Positions 1 through 11,586 of a stretch of DNA of 64,000 bases are shown here, one piece after another. Location: contig JBLDXI010000002.1 in assembly GCA_047495785.1 (NCBI GenBank), forward strand, positions 744,001 to 808,000. Direction: 5' to 3'. Source of the stretch: Lepidodermella squamata (lineage: Eukaryota > Animalia > Gastrotricha). The translations under genes were made by a program, and so were the position numbers. Numbering within the stretch: the first letter of the stretch is position 1; the number at the start of each line of letters is the position of its first letter. Below the pieces are notes generated by a model. It was not told where the DNA came from. It saw only the letters and a program-made list of their open reading frames with translations, and searched no databases.

Positions 1-204
1 ACAAGTAGGTCAATTAGCGCCGCCAAAACACATTGATTGAAGGGTAATAAAATTATCGGTCATCATAACGCATGTCACGTGCATTTTTTCAGTGAATTAC
101 GGGCGTGCCCAATATTAATAAATTTTCGCGATATTTTTTTTAATAATTTCACAATTCATTTTTGATTTTTATCGAAATGAATCACTATACTCAGTCTGCA
201 AAGC

Positions 205-255
205 CAATATCGATTCCAATTATCGAATTTACAAATCAATAATTTTCCGATATGA
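205..255 (+). repeat. About 55-bp dispersed repeat (CCGATATCGATTCCAAGTATCGATTTTACAAATCA type)
   Basis: Similar copies at about 20722-20775, 46476-46530 and 48528-48582. Confidence 0.6.
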
Positions 256-506
256 ACCCGAGTCCCGAAAGCCTTAAATGTTTCTACCTAATAGCTGAAA
301 TAATAAAAATCCAAGGCAAGGAGACTTAAATTGCCGACATTTTTGACGTCCGAACTCCTACATGTAGAGCTTGTGCCTTGAAATAAATAGAAAGTGAACT
401 TTTAAAAAACAACACCACGTTTATTTATTTTTTCAAGTATCATTTTAGACGAAACCAAAATATGTTTGGGTTTGAGAAAATGTACGGTTTTTTTCGTTGT
501 CTGTGT

Positions 507-3500
507 TCACCAAAAAATAACAACAGCTGCGCCCAGGTTCACCAAAATGAGTAGGAAAACCGTGGTTAGAAAAACTAAAATATCCCACATTCGGACGAAT
601 CGAAGGGTGTATTTATCGCGGATGAACGACAGATTGACGCGTAGGTTGGCGAGGCCTTGTTTGTTTGTGCAAAAGCAGCACGTAGCCATGTCGTAGATGG
701 TTACCAAGGCTGTGATGCCGATGAACATCATCAGGTAGTCGGCGAGTAGGATTCGCTGGGAAGTTCGAGGAACCTCCTCTAAAACGGATGATTGCGCCAC
801 TACAAAAGCAAGCAAAACCTGTGAAAAATGTAAATATAAAAAATCAGTGAACAACATTTATATTTAGGTTCGAAGAATTTGAAAAATTTTAAATTTTAAA
901 TTTTAATTAGATGACGCCAAAATATTTAAAATTTAATATTTGATTTTGTTTAATTTTTTTAAACAAATTTTTAAATTCGAAAATTGAGGAAATTTCGAAA
1001 ATTCGAAAAATCGAAAAATGAATTTTTTAAATATTTTAGTTGGCTACTTTGTAGAGTTATGACTCACCGTACAAGTTGTAACCGGGCGATCAGGCTTGTC
1101 CGGCGGCATTAGGAATGACCCAAGGACGATAATCATGAGAATGGCACTGGGTGCTAACAAATTGCACATGTAGTAATTCACATTACGCTTGAAAGTTAGC
1201 GAGAACTTTGCGAAGCCCGCCTTTCCATTTTTTATTATCGGCGAATCAGTCTCACCCATCGACCAATACCTTGTATTCACGTACCACTCATCATTCGGCA
1301 GCACGTAAGGCCCTCGGAGGTAGACCCCGGCGAATTTCAGAAAAACCGAAGGTTCTTTAAGCAGAAACGTGAAGTCACATGTTTGCTCATCGAACGGAAA
1401 TTTCCGAAGATCCAACTCGCATTTCGCATTGAAAATCCCGATCCGGGTCCAGTAGAAGAAAAGGGTTCGGTAGACCTTTGTCGGTAAGTACAGAACTTGC
1501 ATGTCTGACCCGTATTGCGTCGATTGCATGAAAACGTCATCCGAAGAATTCGCGAGCATCGCCTTCGGGTGCCATACCATTTTTTCATCGACGACAAAAA
1601 CCCGTTCGGAATCTTCGACCCCAGGCGCAGTGTCATTTGCTGAGCACGTCATGACAGGCCATTGAAGATAGACACTTGCGGAAATCGAAGCGATTTGGTC
1701 GATATCGGCGATTTTCAGTAGTCGATCAATTGTCAGGGTCATGTAGACATTTGTGGCGTTATCTTCATCCGGAGCCCTCGCGGTTGGGGCAATTTTCGGG
1801 CATTCCAAAAGTTGGTCAAGGGTTACTATCGGTTTAGGATGGCCGTTTATCAGCGGTGGAATCGGGAACCCAGTTTCAGGATGCTCCATTTCAGTTGGAA
1901 AGGACCATTCATCGCTTAGATTCGTCGCATTGGTCGAAGTCAAAGCTTTTTGGCTCGCTGCCAAGGTCGTAGTAGTTATCACAGCCGAGGTTGTAGCATC
2001 GAGAATAACTAAAAGAATAAAGTTTAAATTGGACCTTCAAGCAGCAATTTGAAACTTGCCTCGCTTTCTCTCGGCGTAGAAGCTTAGATCAGTTATTTCG
2101 ACAGATGCTGAGCTTTGGAAATTCTGCTGGAACACTTGAACTGAAGCATTCGAAGCTGAAATCAGTGCCATTTCAGGTACTGGGTAGTTTGACACCAAAA
2201 CCTGGGGTCCACGGAACCTTTTCCCGGTAACAGTGATAGTCAAAACGTCTTCGTAAACTTGGATGACGAGAACAGTGGTGTCGTCGAAGTCGGAGGGTGA
2301 GATCGAAGCTTGGCAGCATAGAGCTTCAATGCTAGGGCCAGTTATCGGAACGTTGTCTTCAAGGATTGGCGAGAAGTAGACAAAATTGTTGCGAGCCCCG
2401 CCACCAAATTTGAACAGAATCCCTTGGAACAGAGCCAACTTTCCCGACGTTATGTCGTCTGTAGAAATTTATGTTCAGTAAATGAGAAATTCTCGTTTTT
2501 AGAGCTTACTCGGGGTAATAGGCTGGATACCAATGTGGAAAAACAGCAGGGTGGAGTTCTCGCTGAACGTTGACATTTTGAATGCCGCCTCCAATCTCCA
2601 ATAGGTTGAACCAGGGGAGATTGCGTAAAAAGAAGAAATTCCTCCAATTGAATTTGCATTTCCAGCTGGGACCAGCGTAGTTTTACTGGGATCTACTACA
2701 GCCAGCCCGCTTGGAACGTACAGGTTAGGATGCGCCGCGCCATCAACCCACGAAAAGCCGAAAGAGAGATATTGATCGAACCACATCGACTCCCACGTGT
2801 TGTCATCAGGGAACTGAAGATACTTGTCATAAGCTGAAAGTCATTAGATAGCAAATTGAAGAACAGCTTCCGATTGAACCTACTTTGTGAGACAGCGCCT
2901 GTCAATACATGGTAGGAGAAGTATATTATTTCTGATTGCGTTGGCTCAGCGCTGTTGATCATGACTAAGGCAGGCGAGAATGAGTCGGAGTTAACCAAGT
3001 TCAGGTAATCGGGTAAGATTGCCCTGGCTACACAAGCTTGGGGAAAGTCGTCCTTTGATGTTTGTACGACTACCTGGATTCAATAGGGTCAACAGAATTG
3101 GGGTTTTAGAGCCTGAAACTAACATTCAACTCTCCACTGAATACTTGGACGACCAAATTCAAACTGCTCGGTAACGATGAGCCGAAAGAGCACGAGGCAC
3201 AGGTAGAAAGGCCTACAACCCCAGGATTCGATTGATTGTAGCTTGAAACTGGAAATGTGGAATAGGCTGCCCTGAACTGCCCATTTACTTGCAGATCGAG
3301 CCAAACTGCGATACCAGCAAAGTTCGTGATAGTCGAGTCCGGTTCTGTACAAGAAAGGGAGAGTAAAGATCTTTCAAAATTTGCGGGTTTTACTCACGAA
3401 TTATTGGAGTGGAATTCTGGGTTAGGAATAGAACGCCAAGAGTGCTTTTAGATGTGTTTGAAAAGCTTTTGATTCCGAGCCTCGTTCGAAGTCTGAATTC

Positions 3501-3819
3501 CATAGGTTTTTGAGGCTAGAATCAAGTAAAGATTACAAAATCGTGTCTTGACTAATTTTGGTCCCACCTTCAATCCAAGCAAGTATCCAATCGAAGAGGG
3601 TTGCTGGGTTACAGATACACCAGTTGATGAAGCAACAAGACCTGATGAGACATTCCAGTTGCTGGTGTTTACTGATACCGGTGGCGTTGTTGTATAGTTT
3701 ATACTGTACAGGTAATACCCAGGATCTTTTAAGGACAGATAATTCATCGATTCAATGTAGTTCCAACCTAAGACCATCTTGATTATGGAGAAACCAATTG
3801 CTGCTGAGAGAAGACTCAT
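507..3819 (-). CDS. Cys-loop pentameric ligand-gated ion channel subunit with two N-terminal L-type-lectin-like domains (paralog A, 918 aa)
   Basis: Eight exons splice in phase: 3819-3568, 3515-3398, 3344-3124, 3073-2884, 2833-2510, 2458-2060, 2008-1068, 818-507 (2757 nt). Has a signal peptide, a C-x13-C Cys-loop CELDLRKFPFDEQTC, pre-M1 KRN..YY, and four TM helices. Intron 2009-2059 is GC-AG. Confidence 0.88.
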
Positions 3820-4149
3820 CTCAGGTTCTTCAGTTTTTTCTGAACAGTAATAATAGCCGTTTTATTTTGGAAAAGATTTGTCACAACAAAAGCACTCGAA
3901 ATCGATTGATAGCGTACACAATAACAAGAGTGGGTTTGAAATCACGACACTTTATGAATGGCAGTGAGTTCAAAACAAATTCGAATAACATTAGAACAGA
4001 GAACAGTCTGTTATTTGTTTTGTTGTAGTAAGGGAGACAAACATAGTACACCTACCATGGGCCTGGAGGCGAAACAAAACACGATTTAATAATTCAGCAG
4101 GTTCTTCTTGCGTGAAAATTTGATTGCGACTTCAATTGAAACACCTTAA

Positions 4150-4918
4150 CCCTTTCATGGCGGAATTAGTTATCTGTGGGAGAAAAAATATTTGACACCG
4201 GTTCTAGGGGTTACAGAGGGCCCTGATCACGATTTTGAAACCCGTTTATCTCTATCTATCACCGTTAAGGCTGTGCAAAAACTGGCCGAAATCGTCCTAT
4301 CCGCCCAGCTGATTTCAGCAGATTTTTCAAACACCCTGTTTCTGCCTTAGATGCTTTGAAATTTGGATTTTCAGACACAAAATTGCTCTCGTGGAAGTCC
4401 TTAACGATTCCGCCTACTGACATTATCAAAAGGAACCCGTTAAAACCAGTTTCAAAAATCAGTGTTGAAATCAGTATTCAGCATTTTCATATTTTTCACG
4501 CGCAGCTGTTTTAGAGCACAAAAATCAAGCACTCCGCCTGTAGAAGTCCTGGCGGATAGGACGATTTCGGCCGATTTGATTAAAGTTCAATAGCGTCGTC
4601 ATTTTTAATTTCCAACACGAAAAAATTGACACAGAGGTCAATGAGACTATGGCGGACACGGTGGTATTTTTTGTGGGATCATAGAGTGATCAGAAACCTT
4701 CAAGTTGAAATAAATCGAAATTTCAATCTCAGGTTGGTTATTTTCAAATTGCTAGTATGTCATGGGCATGCAAGATAACGGTGTCCTGGTTTCAAAACAT
4801 TGTAGCCAACATCGAAAAGCAACATTCCTTAAAAGGGCGATCAAAAATTCATCAATTTCGAATTTATGTGAATTTTCAAAGTCGAAATTCCGAAATCGTC
4901 CTTCCCGCCGTGAAAGGG
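4150..4918. mobile_element. piggyBac-like non-autonomous element (MITE)
   Basis: TTAA on both flanks (4146-4149, 4919-4922). TIRs CCCTTTCA(T/C)GGCGG. Perfect internal 22-bp inverted repeat at 4284-4305 / 4551-4572. No transposase ORF. Confidence 0.8.
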
Positions 4919-5036
4919 TTAAAATAACATGTGTAAATTTTCATCGCATTTTTATTACAACAAAGTGAAATAATATGAAGTAAATATCTTTAGATGAATG
5001 CTGAAAACTGATATTTCAAATTACTTTCCTATGATT

Positions 5037-8000
5037 TCATGAGTATATTATTTGGACTGCATAGACGTTGATGAGAAACAGCATGACAAACGAGATGATA
5101 AAAGCAATAAGATCGAGAACTCGAACAAAACGCATAATGAATCGCTTGCACATCATTATGCTCATGCGGCTTTTTGGGGAATCCTTCATCAAGCTGAATC
5201 CGCACATAGCCATGTCGTAGAACGTCACAATGCCTGTCAGACCAGTGAACATCATGATGAACTCAGCGAGTAGGATTCGTTGTGAAGTACGAGGGACCTC
5301 TTTTAAAACGTCAGATTGCGCAACAATAAACGCAAGTAGAATCTTTATAAAGCTCAATTTTAAAACAAAATTTGGATCAAACTTCATGACTTACCGTGCA
5401 ACAAATAACCGGCCTGTCCGGTTTCTCTGGCGGCATGAGAAACGACCCTAAAACCAGGGCAATCAAAACGCAACAAGGTGTCAGCAAGTTATAGATGTAG
5501 TAACTCGGATTGCGTTTGAATTTCAACTGGAACTTGGCGTAACCCGATTTGCCGTTTTTGATAATCGGTGATGCAGTTAGACCAGTCGATCTCGTGCTAT
5601 TGAGAAGGATCCACTGACCATTGGGTGACATCAACGGCTCTCGAAGGATTACCCCACCGAATTTTAGAAAAGTGGACGGTTCTTTGAGTAGAAACGTGAA
5701 ATCACAGGTTTGCTCATCGAACGGGAATTTTCGTAAATTCAACTCGCATTTTGCGTTGAAAATGCCAATTCGGGTCCAGTAGAAGAAAAGGGTCCGATAA
5801 ACCTTTGTTGGTAGATACATGACTTGCAAGTCAGATCCGTACTGAGTCGCTTGCATGTAGATGTCATCCGAAGAATTCGCGAAAATCGTAACTGGATGCC
5901 AAACCGATTCTTCATCGATGACGATTATTCGTTCGGAATCTTCAACACCCGGAGCTGTCATATCAGCCGGGCAGGTGTAGACCCCCCACTGAAGGTACAT
6001 AGTTGCAGAGATCGAAATAGTTTGATCGATATCGGTTATTTGAAGCAATCGATCGATTGTCAGAGACATATAGATTTGCGTTGAATTCGAGTCATCTGGA
6101 GCTCGGATGTTTGGACCGATGTAAGGGCACTGCAGAATGTCTTGCAGGGTGACTAAAGGCACAGCGTGGCCTTCAGTTAGCGGTGGAATCTGGAAAGCTT
6201 CACTCTCGACATCCGATAACGATTTTGGACGTGTATCAGGGGCATCTGTAGCGCCGTTCCATCGTGCTGTGGAAATTGGCGTTGAAGGCGTTGTGACAAC
6301 TGAAAATTTATCGCAAAAAATCATAAAAAACCCTTAATCATAGATCAATTACTTCTGGCAATGGATGAGAAGAAACCCATGTCTGTTATGTTGATCGATG
6401 CGTTGCTTATGAGATTTTGCTGGATAACTTGAACCGTAGCGTTTGTCGAAGAAATCAGACCCATTCCAGGGATCGGTAAATTCGAGAACAACACCTGAGG
6501 ACCACGAAACCTTTTACCAGTTACAGTTACCGTCAGTTGGTCTTTGTAGCTTTGCAGGACTAAGACCGTCGAATCATTGAAATCAGTAGTTACCATTGAA
6601 GCTGTGCAAGCTGGAGCTTCTTTGGTCGCGTCTATCGGGTATGAGCTAGCTTCAATCGCCGAGAAATACACAGCATTACTGCCCTGCATGGATCCGAGTT
6701 TGAACAGAAGACCCTTAAATTTGGACAGTAACCCCTGCTTCAATTCACCTTAAACAAGTGAGCTTTTTATCATCGGATTGATGAATTTTGATGTTCTTAC
6801 CTGCTTGAATCGGGGTGCTTCCAACGTAGACGTACAGAAAAGTTGACCCAAAGTCGAGAGTTGCTCCATTGATTCTAAATTGAACCTCAGCCCTCCAGGA
6901 TACTGAACCAGAATTGACGGTCTGCAATGAAACTCACAATAAATATATCAGAATTTCAGAATCTCAATTACTAAAGGTGATGTTATCATTCCAACCGAAT
7001 TAGGACTATTGGTCGGCAGTAGAACAGCAGCTTTTCCAGAAAGCCGTGCAAGATCACTAAAGCTGTAAAGATTCGGTTGCTGTGTTTGGACCCACCATGT
7101 CCACGCAAAGGAAAGATACGGATCGTAGTACAGCGTCCACCAAGTTCTGTCATCCGGAAGTTGAAGGTACTTGTTGTTATCTAAGATTCGTAGAAAATTA
7201 TCAGGTTATAAAACTATAACTAAGTGCAATGCTCACTTTGCAATGGTCCGCCTTTTATCTCGTTGTAGCTGAAAGAGTTCATTCTCACTTGAGTCGGCTC
7301 AGCGCTATTGACCATGACCAACGCTGGCGAATACACATCAGTCAGTGTGAGATCTTCATAGCCATTAAGAATAAACCGGGCCACACATGCGCGAGGGAAT
7401 GAGTCATTGGCCGTTTGCATAGCAACAGTTAGTTCTCCTGTAAAAACTTCGATTTGAAGGTCGACGTAGCTCGGCAATCTAGGTCCCAGATTGCAGGAAG
7501 TACAAGTTCTTATAGCAGATGCGTTTTGACCATTAAAGTTGTAACTGCTGACTAGAGTCGGCGAGTAGAAAGCTCGAAGATCCCCATTTTGCCGCAAGTC
7601 CAACCAAACTGCCAGACCAGCAAAATTGGTGATCGTTGAATCAGGTTCTGGAAATCGCAGTTCGATAGAAATACGAAATTGACGATAATAGGCTCTACTT
7701 ACGTATAGTAGGACTGCCTCCACGAGCGAGGAAAATCATTCCAAATGTGCTGCTTGAAGTTGAAGATGAATTCACTATGGTCAGCCTCGTCGCCATGCGC
7801 CATTCCATTGGTTTGAGGGTCTGAAAAATTGAAGCGCGATTAGGTTGCGTATTTCCTATTAGGAAACCAGGCTAACTTTTGTTCCGACCATGTAGCTAAC
7901 TGATGAAGGCTGCTGTGTTAGAGCTACCCCATTAGATACAAGCATGCTAGGGGATGATATGTTCCAATTGCTGGAATTGACCGGCATCGAAGAACTTGAA

Positions 8001-8131
8001 GAGTAACTGAAGCTGAATGTTACGTAATTGTTATCATTTGTCACGCTGAAAGACCGCGAGTCGATGTAGTTCCAAGCAAAAATGGCCGGAATCGCCGAGA
8101 TCAGGCTTGTGATAATCAAGATTATTTTCAT
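5037..8131 (-). CDS. Cys-loop pentameric ligand-gated ion channel subunit with two N-terminal L-type-lectin-like domains (paralog B, 906 aa)
   Basis: Exons 8131-7877, 7820-7703, 7647-7237, 7180-6972, 6921-6801, 6748-6353, 6299-5395, 5342-5037 (2721 nt, all GT-AG, phases consistent). Cys-loop CELNLRKFPFDEQTC. Colinear with paralog A over its whole length. Confidence 0.9.
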
Positions 8132-9445
8132 GGTGAACTACTTTTCACTTCGAACAAAATGCGAATCCCAGCTTTTACAAAGTTCCTCGACAGACGCACT
8201 TATTTTCTAGTTAAATATTTATAGCAAAACCAAGGTGCACATGAAGGCTCTCCGAGTTCCAATCTGTTGCGAAGTAGTGCGTGAAAGGATGAATAAGTAA
8301 CATCAATTGTTCGATGTGATCACTACTTCACGAAAACAACTTATCGTCGCGCAAAATGCGGGGAAAAACGACCTCAGCAAATTGCCAAAACAAGCTAAGT
8401 GGTGGCAGAAAATCTCGGGACGCTCAATCAGCCGATACTTGACAACTTATTGACCTTGAAAACACAACCAAATGAGCGTGGAAACCTGGGCGTTTTGTCT
8501 GAAATTTTCGAGAACGCGATGAAAAGATTGTGGACTGCTGCGGATGAAAGGCGTCGTACCGATATCCAGTTGTCAACCTTCTATCATTATATTCAATATT
8601 CAGGGAGATTTCAGACTGTTTGAATGTCTGAAAATAAAGACGTCTCAGCCCAGCGGACCAAGTGTTTACTCTCGCAATTTCAAACATTTCAACTCCAGCT
8701 TGTTTTGGTCCGCTATCTGCTGGGTTCAATGGAGTTTTTTGGAACTCATCGGATCCTGTTTTAGCGGACCGCTTTATTTAAATCAGCCCCCTATTAAGGT
8801 GCAGTGCAACTTTCAGTCATAATTGGTCTCCTTAGATGTGCCACACTTGGCACCTAGTCGGCTCACTTCGATATTAACCCTGGTTAGGGTAGAATTGGTG
8901 ATTAGTGTGGTCCGCCGTGGAACTCAATGGATAAATGGTTAGATTTAGTTGCACCAAAAATAGGGTGACTTTTCGCACGAAGTTTGATAACATTTTTCTG
9001 CTACAGAGATTATCGTTATCTCCCAGTAACGATTTCCTTGCACCGAATCCAATCAATTCCTGAATATTATTGCCCGCTATTATGATAATAGATCACAATT
9101 AGAAACCACGACTGTTGAGGTAGCCAAATTTTCTGGAGATAATGCTCTAGGGCGGGATGAGTCATGGCACCGAAGCGGCTTCCTTATCTCAAGTCTCGAG
9201 AAACCATGAAATTTCCGGAAGTCACTAAAGAGGCCAGTGGTGATAAAACGCACGTGTTTATAATTTTTGTTATCTTGAAAAATAAATCCAGCTTCGTTGT
9301 GAAATTTGACCTTTTATCGCAAAAAAGCAGCGTCCGTTTGTTTGTTTTGGCGATAATAAAACCGGCGGTCTGCTATCTCCGCTGCTTTAAAACACAGCCG
9401 AGCACCGGATCTCGTTCAGTTGTTTCAGGCACTGTCTCTAGAAAC

Positions 9446-10603
9446 ATGAAATTCACGTTCGCGATTGTCGCTCTATTGGTGAGCTCCTGCTTCGCCGATG
9501 AGCTGTTGCGCATCAAGCTCCAGAAAATGCCGTCAGCCCGCGCGCTGCTCGGCGAGAAGTTCGGCCCGATGGTCCGCGCCGCCCTCCAGCGCAAGCACAG
9601 CGGCCTGCAGGGTCCCGAGCCACTGAGCAACTATTTGGACGCTCAGTACTACGGCCCCATCAGCCTCGGCACCCCGCCGCAGGACTTCCAGGTCATCTTC
9701 GACACTGGCTCGTCCAACCTGTGGGTCCCCTCGACCCGCTGCCGCGGCCTCGCCTGTCTGCTGCACCACCGCTACGACAGCACCAAGTCGAGCACCTACG
9801 TCGCTAACGGAACTTCGTTCTCGATCACCTATGGCTCGGGCTCCATGTCTGGCATCCTCAGCGCTGATGACATCACCATCGGAGGCTTGACCGCCAAGAC
9901 CGTCACCTTCGCCGAATCTGAGAAGGAACCCGCGCTGCCGTTCGCTACTGCCAAGTTCGACGGCATCCTCGGTATGGGCTACCCGACCATCTCTGTCGAC
10001 AAGGTCGTCCCAGTCTTCCAGGAATTCATCCGCCAGAAGGTTGTCTCGAAGCCCATCTTCTCGTTCTGGCTCGACCGCGATCCGAACAACCCAGACGGTG
10101 GTGAGCTGATCCTCGGCGGCTCAGACCCCAACCACTACACCGGAGCCTTCACCTACCTGCCCGTCGACCGCCAGGGCTACTGGCAGTTCAAGATGGACGG
10201 TATCAAGGTCGCTAACAGCGCTTTCTGCAACGGCGGCTGCGAGGCCATCGCCGATACTGGAACATCCCTCATCGCTGGCCCGAGCAAGGAGATCCGCGCC
10301 TTGAACAAGGCTATCGGAGCTACCCCAAGCATTGGCGGCGAGTACATCGTCGACTGCAACAGCATTGGCAGCATGCCGAACATCACCTTCATTCTGGCTA
10401 ACCGCGGATTCATCCTCCAGCCCAACGACTACGTCCTCAAGATCACCCAGGGCACCCAGACCCAGTGCCTCAGCGGCTTCCAGGGCATCGACATCCCGCC
10501 ACCAGCTGGTCCTCTATGGATCCTTGGCGACGTCTTCATTGGACGATTCTACGCCGAGTTCGACTTCGGTAACAACCGTGTCGGCTTCGCCACCGCCAAG
10601 TAA
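9446..10603 (+). CDS. CTSD: Cathepsin D (lysosomal aspartic protease), intronless, 385 aa
   Basis: Signal peptide MKFTFAIVALL, propeptide, NYLDAQYYG, catalytic FDTGSS and ADTGTS motifs, and the cathepsin-D polyproline loop DIPPPAGPLWILGD. AATAAA at 10676. Confidence 0.95.
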   Translation: MKFTFAIVALLVSSCFADELLRIKLQKMPSARALLGEKFGPMVRAALQRKHSGLQGPEPLSNYLDAQYYGPISLGTPPQDFQVIFDTGSSNLWVPSTRCRGLACLLHHRYDSTKSSTYVANGTSFSITYGSGSMSGILSADDITIGGLTAKTVTFAESEKEPALPFATAKFDGILGMGYPTISVDKVVPVFQEFIRQKVVSKPIFSFWLDRDPNNPDGGELILGGSDPNHYTGAFTYLPVDRQGYWQFKMDGIKVANSAFCNGGCEAIADTGTSLIAGPSKEIRALNKAIGATPSIGGEYIVDCNSIGSMPNITFILANRGFILQPNDYVLKITQGTQTQCLSGFQGIDIPPPAGPLWILGDVFIGRFYAEFDFGNNRVGFATAK

Positions 10604-10778
10604 TAAGCTGGCATAGATTCGGCTCCATCTGATGACTTGAGAGACTGAACACCTCGCATGATTATGGAGCATTGAAATAAATATTTCCGCTTATATGTGA
10701 TGATCTAATTCTTTTGTTCAAAAAGCCCACCCTAAAATTTGATTTTTGGTCAGATTTTCATTTCAGTACTCCGCAAAA

Positions 10779-11426
10779 ATGATTGAACCCGCTGTAGCGT
10801 CTCAGCTTGAAGTCGCTCCACAGTGGGTTTTCCCACAATTTGAAGAAACCTACCTTCCCCTCGAGCACTATTTACCCCCGAAGCTGTTCAAGTTCTTCGA
10901 CCCCTACGACATCGCGGTAGGGATGAAAGGGACAGTTTTCGAACCAGTTCCTTTCCCAAAACCACCAAAACTTCCGCCGACTCGGTTTCGGCAGAAGGTA
11001 TACAAGTGGCTGAAAATAGGCGGGGCTATTTTCGCAGGATTAGTAGTTTTGGGTCTGTCAATCGGTCTACCGATATATTTCGCAAGCCGAAGCTCTGAAC
11101 CCGATAAAAACGAGCCGAAACCAGCAAAATCTTGGAGTGAATACGATCGGAAGTCTAGGTTGGAAACCCTAAGAGACGCAGAGTCAATTGGAAGAAACGC
11201 TATGCCTGGGTCGGAATATTCCATCATCGCAGACATTTTCGAAACGAGCTATCGCGATTTGGATTTCGTTAACATAACAGCTCGGCTCGTAGCTCCTCAT
11301 ATTGCTTTCACTGCGATAGAAACGCTTCCAAATGTTAACAACGAAGCGGCTAACCTCGATGAATTTGCCATTTTCAGCCATAGAATCTTTGAAAACTATA
11401 AATCTTACGAAAATCTCAGAAAATAA
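10779..11426 (+). CDS. Uncharacterised single-pass (type II-like) membrane protein
   Basis: 215-aa ORF starting after a TTTCAG acceptor. Pro-rich N-terminus, then basic residues before one hydrophobic helix (IGGAIFAGLVVLGLSIGLPIYFA). AATAAA at about 11437. Confidence 0.65.
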   Translation: MIEPAVASQLEVAPQWVFPQFEETYLPLEHYLPPKLFKFFDPYDIAVGMKGTVFEPVPFPKPPKLPPTRFRQKVYKWLKIGGAIFAGLVVLGLSIGLPIYFASRSSEPDKNEPKPAKSWSEYDRKSRLETLRDAESIGRNAMPGSEYSIIADIFETSYRDLDFVNITARLVAPHIAFTAIETLPNVNNEAANLDEFAIFSHRIFENYKSYENLRK

Positions 11427-11586
11427 CCGAATGGCCAATAAAAATCATGAATGAGTCTCGAGCGTAATCTCAATTTAAAAACCAAACCGTACACAATTCA
11501 ATGGCGAGAGAAGCAGTATTTCTGCGATTTTAAAAGATCGAAAATCGATTACCGAGTGACAATGGCGGGGGTCATGTCGTTGACGA

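Noticed and set aside
8399-8822. ORFs faintly reminiscent of a BEL/Pao gag fragment
   Set aside because: No zinc knuckle, protease, RT or LTR nearby, so the similarity is too weak to call.
9164-9445. 94-aa N-terminal extension of the cathepsin D ORF
   Set aside because: The signal peptide and codon bias begin at ATG 9446; the upstream sequence is AT-rich and ends in a splice acceptor.
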